Source: an uncultured Chloroflexia bacterium
GTDB lineage: Bacteria > Chloroflexota > Limnocylindria > Limnocylindrales > CSP1-4
Assembly (NCBI GenBank): GCA_963813535.1
Contig: CAWEZH010000002.1
Coordinates: 128,001 to 192,000, forward strand
Length of the DNA: 64,000 nucleotides
Direction of reading: 5' to 3'
Positions 29,966-39,095 of this stretch are shown here, piece after piece. The number at the start of each line of letters is the position of its first letter. The first letter of the stretch is position 1. The position numbers and the translations under genes were made by a program. The notes under the pieces were generated by a model. The model was not told where the DNA came from. It searched no databases and was given only the letters and a program-made list of their open reading frames with translations.

Positions 29966-30727
29966 ATGGCCGCGATCCGCTCTGCCATCGCCAGGTGGCC
30001 GATCCCGGCCTACATCCTCGTGGCATTCGGCTTCAGCTGGGCGTTCACCTTCCTCGTGGCTCTGTCCGTCTTCTTCGGGCTGATCGCGCTGTTCGGACCC
30101 GCTCTCGCCGCGATCGTCGTGACGCGAGCCGAAGGCACGTTCGACGAGTTGCGGCAACGGATCGTCGACTGGCGGCAGCCGTGGGTCTGGTACGTCGCCG
30201 CGGTCGGCATCCCGTTCGGGGTCGCAGCCGCCGGCCGTGCAGTTCACGTTCTCTCGGGCGGCGCCCCACTCGGGATCGGCACGATCAGCGCGATCGAGAT
30301 CCTGATCTTCGTTCTGGTGATCGGCGAGGAGATCGGCTGGCGAGGGTTCTTGCAGCCCCGATTCCGGCGTCGGCTCAGCATCGCCTCGGCCGGCGCCGCG
30401 ACCGGCGTGATCTGGACGCTCTGGCACCTGCCGATCTATCTGCAACCCGGGGTCGGCTTGACGGCATTTGCCGTCTTCGCCTGGTGGGTGATCCCGCTGG
30501 CGATCGTGATGGGCTTCGTCGCCGAGCGGACTCGCTTCAGCGTCATCGTCGCGACCGTCATGCACGGTTCCGCGAACATCTCGATCCCGATCCTGCTTCC
30601 GGGGGTCGACCCCACGTGGACGCGGATCGTCACTGGGGCGATCTACTTGTTGGTCGCGACAGCGTTCGTCGTCTACGACGTGCGGCATCGACCAGCCGGC
30701 TCGCCGATCGGGGCATCGGCTGGCTGA
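29966..30727 (+). CDS. CPBP (Abi/CAAX) intramembrane glutamic endopeptidase
   Basis: EEIGWRG, WTLWH, MHGSAN. Confidence 0.9.
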   Translation: MAAIRSAIARWPIPAYILVAFGFSWAFTFLVALSVFFGLIALFGPALAAIVVTRAEGTFDELRQRIVDWRQPWVWYVAAVGIPFGVAAAGRAVHVLSGGAPLGIGTISAIEILIFVLVIGEEIGWRGFLQPRFRRRLSIASAGAATGVIWTLWHLPIYLQPGVGLTAFAVFAWWVIPLAIVMGFVAERTRFSVIVATVMHGSANISIPILLPGVDPTWTRIVTGAIYLLVATAFVVYDVRHRPAGSPIGASAG

Positions 30728-30732
30728 CTTCC

Positions 30733-30891
30733 GATGACCTTGGGCCGCATCAGCGGCCAGCCCGGACGTGGCTTACCGCAGGCCTGCCAAGGGTCGTGCT
30801 AATGGGATTCGCCCGGATCCGGGCGTCTACCGATGCGGCCCAAAGTCATCAGCGAACGACCGTCCGCCCGGCGGGGCAGAAATGCGCATCA
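30733..30891. repeat. palindromic repeat copy (B...B'-A')
   Basis: GATGACCTTGGGCCGCATC...GATGCGGCCCAAAGTCATC...GAAATGCGCATCA. Confidence 0.8.
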
Positions 30892-30896
30892 CACGT

Positions 30897-31563
30897 CTAG
30901 CGCCGGCGCTCCAGGCCTTCAAGGATCAGGTCGAGGCTGAACTCGAACTCGGCGTCGTCGTCGCACGGGCCCAGCACGCCGCCGTGACGGACCGACATCG
31001 CCAGATCGGCGATGCGGGGGAAGCGGTCGGCCATCGCGTGCGCGAACGCGGCCGACTCCTCCGGTGATGGGGCGGGATCGGTCGAGTCCTCGAATGGATC
31101 CTGCGTGAACCCCAGGATGCGGCTGCCCAGCACGTGCAGCGCGTGGTGGGCCATCTCGACTGAGAACCCGCCGTCGGCGAGCTTCGCGAGGACCGACTCG
31201 ATGTAGGCGAGCATCGTCGCGCTGGTCGTCGTCCGATCGACGATGGCCCGCGGCGCCCACGTGTGGCGGAGCATGACCTGACGGGCGGCGATCGACTGCG
31301 CGCGGAGCGCAGGCCTCCAGTCGCCGTCCGAGCGCCGGGATGTCGATCTCGGCGATGACCGCGTCGACGATGCCGTCGAGGATGTCGTCCTTGTTCCGGA
31401 CGTGTCGATAGAGCGCCATCGCGTCGACGCTGAGCTCCTGGCCGAGCTTGCGCATGCTGAGGGCATCGATGCCGTCGCGGTCGGCGAGGTCGACGGCAGC
31501 CTGGAGCACGCGCTCCTTGGTCAAAGGCGTGCGGCGATCGGTGCTTGTGCTCGCCTCGGTCAC
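30897..31563 (-). CDS. TetR family regulator with TetR_C domain (apparent frameshift near 31335)
   Basis: LSMRKLGQEL..DAMALYRHVRNKDDIL; FEFSLDLILEGL. Confidence 0.88.
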
Positions 31564-31572
31564 GTTCACCTC

Positions 31573-31626
31573 TTGACGATGCCCCATCGGCCGCCTATTG
31601 TCTACACCGTAGTCTACGCCGTAGAC
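31573..31626 (+). promoter_or_regulatory. promoter with tandem TetR operators
   Basis: TTGACG-17bp-TATTGT; GTCTAC-ACC-GTAGTC overlapping GTCTAC-GCC-GTAGAC. Confidence 0.7.
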
Positions 31627-31653
31627 ACAAGTGTCAGCCCAGGAGGGACCCCG

Positions 31654-32124
31654 ATGTCGGAACAGACGATGCCCCGCCCCAAGATGCCGCCACGCTGGCT
31701 CATCAGGACGATCTGGGCCCTCCATCGAGCAGCCTACTCGCTCACCGGTGGCCGCTTCGGTCTGCGCACGCCACGACCCGACCGCTGGGGCACACTCCGG
31801 CTCAAGACTGTCGGCCGACGGAGTGGCAAGGAGCGCGTCGCGATCCTCGGCTTCATCGAGGTCGGCGGGAACCTCGTCACGCCGGCGATGAACGGCTGGG
31901 CCGACCCCGAGCCCGCCTGGCTACTCAACGTGCAGGCACATCCCGACACGACGGTCGAGCTGCCCGACGGCACCTCCCGCCAGGTGACCGCGCGAACCGC
32001 GGAAGAGGACGAACGCCGCCGCCTGTGGTCGATGCTGGTCGCCCTCGGCTCCTCGGCCTACACCGACGCCAACGCCGCCCTGCGCTCGCGCGAGACACAG
32101 ATCGTCATCCTCGAAGCTCGCTGA
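31654..32124 (+). CDS. deazaflavin (F420)-dependent nitroreductase family (DDN) protein
   Basis: LKTVGRRSGKER...NGW...PAWLLNVQAHP. Confidence 0.88.
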   Translation: MSEQTMPRPKMPPRWLIRTIWALHRAAYSLTGGRFGLRTPRPDRWGTLRLKTVGRRSGKERVAILGFIEVGGNLVTPAMNGWADPEPAWLLNVQAHPDTTVELPDGTSRQVTARTAEEDERRRLWSMLVALGSSAYTDANAALRSRETQIVILEAR

Positions 32125-32184
32125 CACCCGGGCGCGTACCCTAGACCGGACGAGCGCGCGATCGCGGAGAGCGAGGGGATCCCG

Positions 32185-33116
32185 ATGGCTCCGCAACAAC
32201 TCGTCTACGTCCACGGCGCCGGGACCGCAGAAGCCGCGCCGCTGCCCTCAAGCACGAGCTCGACATGTCGCTGTTCGGCAAGGACATGTCGACCACGCGA
32301 GTAGCGCACTACGCGAGTGTCCGCTGGCCACCGACCACCGGCGGCACGGGGGTCGCGCCCACGGCCTCCGGTCGCGCTCGACGCACCAAAGCGATCCGCC
32401 GAGCGACCGATCCGGCGCTCACCACCGGTGCAGCCGCCGACGAGATCGTGAACGCCACGCTGCGCGGCCCGTCCGTCGGCTTCGGCGCTGCCGCGCCGCC
32501 CAGCGCCCAGGAGATCGCGCAGGCTAAGAAGCTCGTGCAACAGCTCTACCGGCGCGCCGACCGTGTCGCCAGTCGCTCCGCGGCCCCGACCCCGGGACTG
32601 GCGCTCGGCGTGTCGTTCCCCGATCCGATCTTTCGATTCATCGTCGGCAAGTTCGCCAGCGACGTCATCGACTACCTCTATGGGCCGTTCAAGCACCAGA
32701 TGCAGGTGCCGGTGTTCGACGCGCTGCGAAAGAGCCCGCGACCAAAGGTCATCGTCGCCCACAGTCTCGGCACGATCATCCTGTACGACGTCCTGTCCGA
32801 TCCGGCACTCACTGGCCTCACCGACAACGTGCTCATCACCGCGGGCTGTCCGCTCGGCATCGGCAACGTCCAGAAGCGCCTGCGTAACGGGGCGGCACAA
32901 CCGCACCCGGTGCCAGTCGCGCTCAAGGCCTGGTCCAACTTCGCTGACCGCTGGGACCCCGTCGCCCTCGAGCAGACGCTTCGCGACGAATTCGAGCCTC
33001 CCAAGAACTTCGCGAAGGACGACCAGGTCAACAACCCGGCGCGGGACAACCACGATCTGCTGGGCTACCTCTCGGTCGCGATCGTGCGCGACGCGATCGT
33101 CGCGGCCGCCGGCTAG
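32185..33116 (+). CDS. alpha/beta hydrolase (apparent frameshift near 32230-32260)
   Basis: LVYVHGAG, IVAHSLGT nucleophile elbow, LITAGCPL, DPVA, NHDLLGYL. Confidence 0.8.
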
Positions 33117-33124
33117 AAATCACG

Positions 33125-34885
33125 ATGCGGATCCGCGCGCCGCTCATGATCCAGGACCCGGACATCGCGGTCACGGATATCGGCCGCCACGTCGAAGAGT
33201 GGCGCGGCATCGACGAGGATCATTACCTTGATGGGCCGGTGACGCCCCGGGTTGCCGTCGTAGACCTGGACCCGGACACGGAGGAGCTGGAGCCCGGCGC
33301 GGTATTCGTCCCGCCTCGGCGAAACCAGACGCTCGGCCGCTACCAGGTTCGCACCGACGATCTCTACGCACCCCATTTCATCCAGGTCAGCGTCTTCGCG
33401 ACGGTCCTTCGGACCATGTACATGTACGAGGAGAGCGACACGCTGGGCCGCAAGATCACCTGGGCGTTCGGCGGTCCGCAGCTCCTCGTCATCCCGCGGG
33501 CGGGTTGGTGGCCGAACGCCTACTACGAACGGCGCTCGCGAAGCCTGCAATTCTTCTCGTTCCGGGCCCGCGGCAAGCTCATCCACACCAGCCTCTCGCG
33601 CGACATCGTCGCCCACGAGACAGCCCACGCCCTGATCGATGGGATCGATCCGGACCTCTACGACGCACTCGATCCCCAGTCGCTCGCGCTGCACGAGGGC
33701 ATCGCCGATCTCACTGCCGTCCTGATCGCCTTCCGCAGCGGCAGGCTTCGAAAGGCGGTCCTCGACCAGACCAACGGCTCGATCGAGAGATCGACCCGAT
33801 TCAGCTCGATCGGCGAGGAGTTCGGGCGCGCCATCGACCCGAGCGGCGCGGTCGGCTATCTCCGCAACCTGCTCGACGACAGCAAGCTCGATCCCGACAG
33901 TGATCCGGGGGACGAGCCCGAGGAGCACGTCCTGAGCCAGGTGGTCACCGGCGCCCTCTACAGGCTCATGGTCGACCTCCACCGCGACTACAAGCAGCGC
34001 CTGGCGCAGCGGCGGGGAGAGTCGCAGTTCTCCGTATCGGGTCGTGCGCTGTTCGGTGCCTCAGAGCAGTTCAAGCGGATGATCCTGCGTGGACTCGACT
34101 ACCTGCCGCCTGGCGAGGTCACCTTCGCCGACTACGGCCGGGCGATCCTGGCAGCCGACCAGGCCTCGTTCCAGGACGACACGTGGCGCCGATACATCCG
34201 GAAGGAGTTCGTGCGGCGGGGCATCGTCAAGCGCGCGCGGCAGCTCGACGTCCAGACGAACGTCCCGAACGCAGCCCTCGCCGACATCGACCTGCAGGGC
34301 CTGGTCGACAGCGCGTGGTTGGCCTACACGTTTGCCGAGAAGAACCGCAAGCTGCTGCGGATCCCGAAGGACGCCCAGTTCGAGGTGATGCCGCGCATCA
34401 TCGTCAACAAGCGGTTCCTGCTCCCGGACCAGAACATCGATCAGGCGGCCGCCGTCCACGAGGACACATCCGCCGACGACGATGCCCGGATCGAACCGGC
34501 TGAGCCCGGCGCGGAGATCCCCCTGCCAGTCAAGGAGCTTCTGTTCAAGGTCCGATGGAGTGTCACGGAGGACAACCCGCCGGACCTCGGCATCGCTCCG
34601 AGGCGGCGCATCCAGACCGGAACGACCCTCGTCATCGACTGGGATCGGCGGCTCGTTCGATCACTCCTCGGCCCGTTGGACCTCGAAGCGAGGAAACCGG
34701 CGCGGGACACGATGCTGCGGCGGCTGATGGATCGCGGCCTCCTCCAAGTGACGAGACCGGACGACCCCGACGCGATCCAACAGACCCTCGGGACCGGTGT
34801 CGAGGCGGTGGTGACCGACCGCGTCCTGCGGGTAAGCAGCACGGCGCGGCTGCTGCATGTGGCGCGGGACGTCAGCTATGAGTGA
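33125..34885 (+). CDS. cytoplasmic gluzincin (M4/M36-like) zinc metalloprotease
   Basis: NAYY, DIVAHETAHA, ALHEGIAD, EEH; no signal peptide. Confidence 0.88.
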   Translation: MRIRAPLMIQDPDIAVTDIGRHVEEWRGIDEDHYLDGPVTPRVAVVDLDPDTEELEPGAVFVPPRRNQTLGRYQVRTDDLYAPHFIQVSVFATVLRTMYMYEESDTLGRKITWAFGGPQLLVIPRAGWWPNAYYERRSRSLQFFSFRARGKLIHTSLSRDIVAHETAHALIDGIDPDLYDALDPQSLALHEGIADLTAVLIAFRSGRLRKAVLDQTNGSIERSTRFSSIGEEFGRAIDPSGAVGYLRNLLDDSKLDPDSDPGDEPEEHVLSQVVTGALYRLMVDLHRDYKQRLAQRRGESQFSVSGRALFGASEQFKRMILRGLDYLPPGEVTFADYGRAILAADQASFQDDTWRRYIRKEFVRRGIVKRARQLDVQTNVPNAALADIDLQGLVDSAWLAYTFAEKNRKLLRIPKDAQFEVMPRIIVNKRFLLPDQNIDQAAAVHEDTSADDDARIEPAEPGAEIPLPVKELLFKVRWSVTEDNPPDLGIAPRRRIQTGTTLVIDWDRRLVRSLLGPLDLEARKPARDTMLRRLMDRGLLQVTRPDDPDAIQQTLGTGVEAVVTDRVLRVSSTARLLHVARDVSYE

Positions 34886-36080
34886 TCTCGTCGTCCGCGT
34901 CTACAACGTTCGCTTCGGTGACGCCATCCTCGTGTCCATCCCGGAGAAAGCGGGCGGGCACGATGTCGAGCGCACGATCCTCTTCGACTTCGGCAACGCG
35001 CTGAAGAAGGCTGGCGGGGTCGATGCGGTCTTCGAGCCCGTCATCGACGACCTCAAGGCCAGGCTCGGCGGGAAGCCCCTCGACCTCTACGTGATGACCC
35101 ACGAGCACCTGGACCACGTTCAGGGCCTCTTCTACGCCAAGGAGGAGCTCAAGAAGTCCATCAAGGCGAAGCAGGTCTGGTTGACCGGGTCGGCGGCGCC
35201 GACCTACTACGACACGCACACCAAGGCGAAGAAGCGGAAGAAGGCGGCGCTCGCGGCGCAGCGGGCGACGACCGCCCGGCTCCGGACGCTCTCGCGGCTT
35301 TCACCGTTCGCTGCGATGCTCCTGGCGAACAACGACGTGCGGACGACGGCGAAGTGCATCGACTTCCTACGGAACGGGCTGGCCAAGCCCGCCGACGTGC
35401 ACTACGTCGACCGGACGACCGATCTGAGCACGCTGCAGCCGGCGAAGGCCGCCAAGGTAACGCTCTGGGCCCCGGAGGAGGACACAGCCGACTACTACGG
35501 CAAGTTCGAGGCCTTGGCCTCAAGCCTGCGGATCGGGGATTCCACCGACTTCGATGACCTCGATCTGGGGCTCCGGGACGTCAAGGAGCTGGAGCTCCCG
35601 CAGCCGCCGCGCGGGGTCGATGCCGGATCGTTCTACAACCTGCTCGACGTCCGCCATTCGAACTCGGCATCGAACCTTCTGAACATCGACCAGGCGTCCA
35701 ACAACACCTCCATCGTGACGCTCATCGAGTGGAAGGGTTGGAAGCTGTTGTTCACCGGTGACGCCGAGAAGCGCAGCTGGCGGCAGATGGACAAGCTCGG
35801 GCTCGTCCAGCCGGTCCACTTCCTGAAGGTCAGCCACCACGGCAGCCATACCGGCATGCCACCGGGCGAGATCCTGGACAAGCTCCTCCCCATGTCGGCG
35901 CCGGCCGGCACTGGGCGGCCACGGGCGGCAGTGTCGACGTTCCCCGGCAACTACGACTCCGTGCCGAACGAGAGGACGCTGATCGAGCTGCGGAAGCGCA
36001 CGGATCTGAAGTCGACGCTCGACCTCACCCAGAACGAAGTGTTCGTGGAGTTCAAGTTCCCGTCGACCGGCCCGCAATAG
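34878..36080 (+). CDS. MBL-fold metallo-hydrolase (ComEC/Rec2-like)
   Basis: YNVRFGDA, DFG, THEHLDH, NNTS, FTGDAE, KVSHHGS; overlaps the gluzincin stop. Confidence 0.9.
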   Translation: MSDLVVRVYNVRFGDAILVSIPEKAGGHDVERTILFDFGNALKKAGGVDAVFEPVIDDLKARLGGKPLDLYVMTHEHLDHVQGLFYAKEELKKSIKAKQVWLTGSAAPTYYDTHTKAKKRKKAALAAQRATTARLRTLSRLSPFAAMLLANNDVRTTAKCIDFLRNGLAKPADVHYVDRTTDLSTLQPAKAAKVTLWAPEEDTADYYGKFEALASSLRIGDSTDFDDLDLGLRDVKELELPQPPRGVDAGSFYNLLDVRHSNSASNLLNIDQASNNTSIVTLIEWKGWKLLFTGDAEKRSWRQMDKLGLVQPVHFLKVSHHGSHTGMPPGEILDKLLPMSAPAGTGRPRAAVSTFPGNYDSVPNERTLIELRKRTDLKSTLDLTQNEVFVEFKFPSTGPQ

Positions 36081-36134
36081 GCGGACGGCGGGATTGATCC
36101 GGTTCGTCCCGGGACCAACGGAGGAGGAGATCGC

Positions 36135-37223
36135 ATGGCCGGGCAGTTTCGACCACGAGCGGTGTTCCAGTTGCAGCGGGATGCGAAACATCCGATCGGG
36201 TCGCGATTGGGCGGCGTCAACTGCAACCCCACCGCGGGTGCCACGCTCGTCGGCTTCGTCACGTGTGGTGCCAAGCGGACGACGGGTGCCGCTGTACGCG
36301 AGCTTACGAACGATACCGAGGGCGGGACCGTCCTCAGCACCGTCGCTGCAGCACTGCGCCGGGGTTTCGGGGTCGAAATCGACGTCGATACCGGGTCGTT
36401 CGATCGGATCATCAAGGCCCTCGACTCGCGTCGTGGCGTGACGCTCAGCGGGTCCAGCATCGCGACCCGCGGGACGCGGTTCCAGGCCAGCGAGACGTTT
36501 GACGGCAACCATCAGTGGGCCCTGACGGACATCCGCAAGGGGGATGGTGGGCGTCTCGAGATCCTCGTGTTCGATCCCTTGGCTGACGGCCGACGCCGGG
36601 GCATCGCTATTTCGCCGATGTGGATCCCGGTGGGCATCGTCCGCGAGTTCGCGGGCAAGCTCGACCTCAGATCGAAGGCGGAAAAGGCGGCGAAGCGGCC
36701 TCGCCGACCGCTGGGCATCGGTCGGGCGACGTACGGCTTGACGGAGGTCGTCGCCTGCGCCAGCAAGAAGGCACCGGTACCGGGTGTCCGGTTGCGCGCG
36801 GGTGCATCACTCGTGAACGGCCAGGCAGGGCGCGACCGAGTGATCGGGGTGGCCGTCGGGCGGATCCGCGAGCGGCCGACCACGACGTCGGACATCGTCG
36901 GCCGCAAACGTGCCGGCGACCCGTTCCGGGCGTGCCAGCGCATCCGCGGTCAGCGTGTCGCGGGCGACCCGATCTGGCTCGGCGACCGCACGGGCGAGCG
37001 ATGGATGCATGCGTCGTTGTTCAGAGCCATCAAGCAGGAAGGCGCGGAACCCGGGCTCGACCAGGTCGGGGAGGACCCTGAGGCCGCTGCTCTTCCGGAT
37101 GCGGCAGGCGATCAGGGCACCGACGACGAGGTGCTCGAAGGGTTCGAGGACGGCGTGGACGAGCAGGTCGTCGACGAGGTTGCGGCCGAGTCGAGCGAGA
37201 CCGTGACTACCGGTCAGGACTGA
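36135..37223 (+). CDS. putative C39-like papain-fold peptidase with SH3b-like domain and acidic tail
   Basis: NC...GNH...VFDP putative Cys-His-Asp; RIRERPTTTSDIVG...W...WMHASL SH3-like; GGAGGAG RBS. Confidence 0.6.
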   Translation: MAGQFRPRAVFQLQRDAKHPIGSRLGGVNCNPTAGATLVGFVTCGAKRTTGAAVRELTNDTEGGTVLSTVAAALRRGFGVEIDVDTGSFDRIIKALDSRRGVTLSGSSIATRGTRFQASETFDGNHQWALTDIRKGDGGRLEILVFDPLADGRRRGIAISPMWIPVGIVREFAGKLDLRSKAEKAAKRPRRPLGIGRATYGLTEVVACASKKAPVPGVRLRAGASLVNGQAGRDRVIGVAVGRIRERPTTTSDIVGRKRAGDPFRACQRIRGQRVAGDPIWLGDRTGERWMHASLFRAIKQEGAEPGLDQVGEDPEAAALPDAAGDQGTDDEVLEGFEDGVDEQVVDEVAAESSETVTTGQD

Positions 37224-37302
37224 CCGTCGATCGGGTTCCACGGTTGTCGGGGTGGGTACCATCGAACGAGAACGGCCTCGACTGACAGACGGGGGAGGAA
37301 CC

Positions 37303-39093
37303 ATGGCAGACGTCCGAGGCAACCCCTGGGAACACGATCCAGGCCCACCCTCGGGGAGCGGCTGGGCGGAGGTCTTCGCCGATACCCCCAACTATCGCGG
37401 ACTCGGCAACGAGGTCGTCGGGCGCGAAGCGTTTCGCTGGCACCACGGTCCGATGTTCTACCGCGGTCGCCTGGACGGTTCCGCCAAGGTCATGGTGGTC
37501 GGGCAGGAGGGTGCCCAGGACGAATCGCTCGCGCACCGTTCCTTCACCGGCGGGACCGGTGCCCGGATGCAGCATCTGCTGCGGTTCCTCGGTCTCGATC
37601 GTTCGTACCTGTTCGTGAACTCGTTCGTCTACCCGATCTTCGGCCAGTACACGCTCGACCTCCGGAAGCTCGCCCAGGATCCTCGATCGCCGATCGTGAG
37701 CCACCGCAACCGGATCTATGACAAGGCGGTCGTCGATGGCGACGTGCGCCTGGTCATCGCGGTCGGTCGTGCGGCGAAGGAGTCCGTATCCACATGGATC
37801 GAGTCGCACGGAGGGACGGCCCAACCCGAGGCCCTGCACACCGCGACGCTGGGCACCTTGCCGAACCGGGTTCGAGTCGTGGGTGTGGTGCATCCGGGAA
37901 GCGCGTCGGGGGGCTCGACCAGCGCTATCAAGGCTGACTTCGTCCGCGCCATCGGCCGAATCCGCGACTGGCTGCAGGCCGACGCGGGCTGGTTGCCCGC
38001 CGATCCCGGCATGACGCGGAACCTCACCGCATCCTTCCCGTATTCCTCGGCCCCGATCCCGTACCGGGACTTCCCGTTCGGGACATGCCCGCGCCTCGGT
38101 CGGGGCGGGACGTCAAGCAACCGCAGCGACGACCAGCGAGCGATCCGCCTGTTCTCGGCAGCCGGCAAGTACAACGCCGCAGGGGCCCACCTGACCGATC
38201 CGTCGTCGGCGACTGGGACCAACCAGGGGTACGACGACGACCCGGGCGACCTGCCGTATGAGCCGCCGCGCGCCAGTCCGCTCGCCTTCGACGCTGGCCC
38301 GCCGACCAACTTGGCGCGCCTGTTGATGGGGGCCGAGGCGGGCTTCGAGTGGCCTGACTTCGCCTCGCTCGGCGTAACGGCGCACCCGTCGTTCGGCGTC
38401 GGACCGATCTATCGCGGCCGGTTCGGAACCCTGAGCCTCGTCATCCTTGCCGATCAGCGGTCCGCGGACGACACATTCAGCGGCCGAGCGCTCACTGGCG
38501 ACGCGGGTCAACGATTCCAGGGCGTCCTGCGTGCGGCCGGGCTGACGAAGCGCTACCTGGTCATCCGCACGCTGCCCGTCGACACCATGGATCTCAGCGC
38601 GGCCAAGCGCTTGTCGTTGGTCGATCACCCCAAGGTGCGGGCGATGCATCGCGAGCTCCTGAGCCGCGTTCGGTCCGCGAACGGCGGGGTCACCGCGCTC
38701 CTCGCGATGGGCCCCGGCGCCCGGCGGCTCGCCCCGAATGTCGTCCCAGCCGGGCTCGACGTGATCGAGCTCGCAGCGCATGGGGAACCGGGATTCCAGG
38801 CGTCCTGGCAAGCGGCACTGGCGCAGCTCGCGGGGCGCACCTACACCAAGGACGTTGCCAATCCGAGCTTCGATGCCCCGACCACCCGCAGTCAGGTCCC
38901 ACGGATCGATCTGCCCTATGGCACGCCCCGGTGGGTCGGGAGCTCGGGGGATCGAGGCGTACGGCCGATGGACACCGACATCGACAAGCCAACGCCGGAC
39001 TATCTCAAGCTGTTCCTGCCAGCCTGGGTCGCGGGTCTCGCGGCGGCGCCGCTGAGCCCGGCGGAGCAGACCGCGGCCGACCAGCTCAGCTGA
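37303..39093 (+). CDS. protein with two tandem uracil-DNA glycosylase-like domains
   Basis: YRGR...VVGQEGAQDE...FTGGTGARMQ...VHP; second copy YRGR...ADQ...LTGDAGQRFQ. Confidence 0.78.
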   Translation: MADVRGNPWEHDPGPPSGSGWAEVFADTPNYRGLGNEVVGREAFRWHHGPMFYRGRLDGSAKVMVVGQEGAQDESLAHRSFTGGTGARMQHLLRFLGLDRSYLFVNSFVYPIFGQYTLDLRKLAQDPRSPIVSHRNRIYDKAVVDGDVRLVIAVGRAAKESVSTWIESHGGTAQPEALHTATLGTLPNRVRVVGVVHPGSASGGSTSAIKADFVRAIGRIRDWLQADAGWLPADPGMTRNLTASFPYSSAPIPYRDFPFGTCPRLGRGGTSSNRSDDQRAIRLFSAAGKYNAAGAHLTDPSSATGTNQGYDDDPGDLPYEPPRASPLAFDAGPPTNLARLLMGAEAGFEWPDFASLGVTAHPSFGVGPIYRGRFGTLSLVILADQRSADDTFSGRALTGDAGQRFQGVLRAAGLTKRYLVIRTLPVDTMDLSAAKRLSLVDHPKVRAMHRELLSRVRSANGGVTALLAMGPGARRLAPNVVPAGLDVIELAAHGEPGFQASWQAALAQLAGRTYTKDVANPSFDAPTTRSQVPRIDLPYGTPRWVGSSGDRGVRPMDTDIDKPTPDYLKLFLPAWVAGLAAAPLSPAEQTAADQLS

Positions 39094-39095
39094 CC

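Noticed and set aside
14140-30891. Palindromic repeats as a CRISPR array or integron attC sites
   Set aside because: The copies are dispersed kilobases apart, there are no regular spacers or cas genes, no RYYYAAC/GTTRRRY ends and no integron integrase
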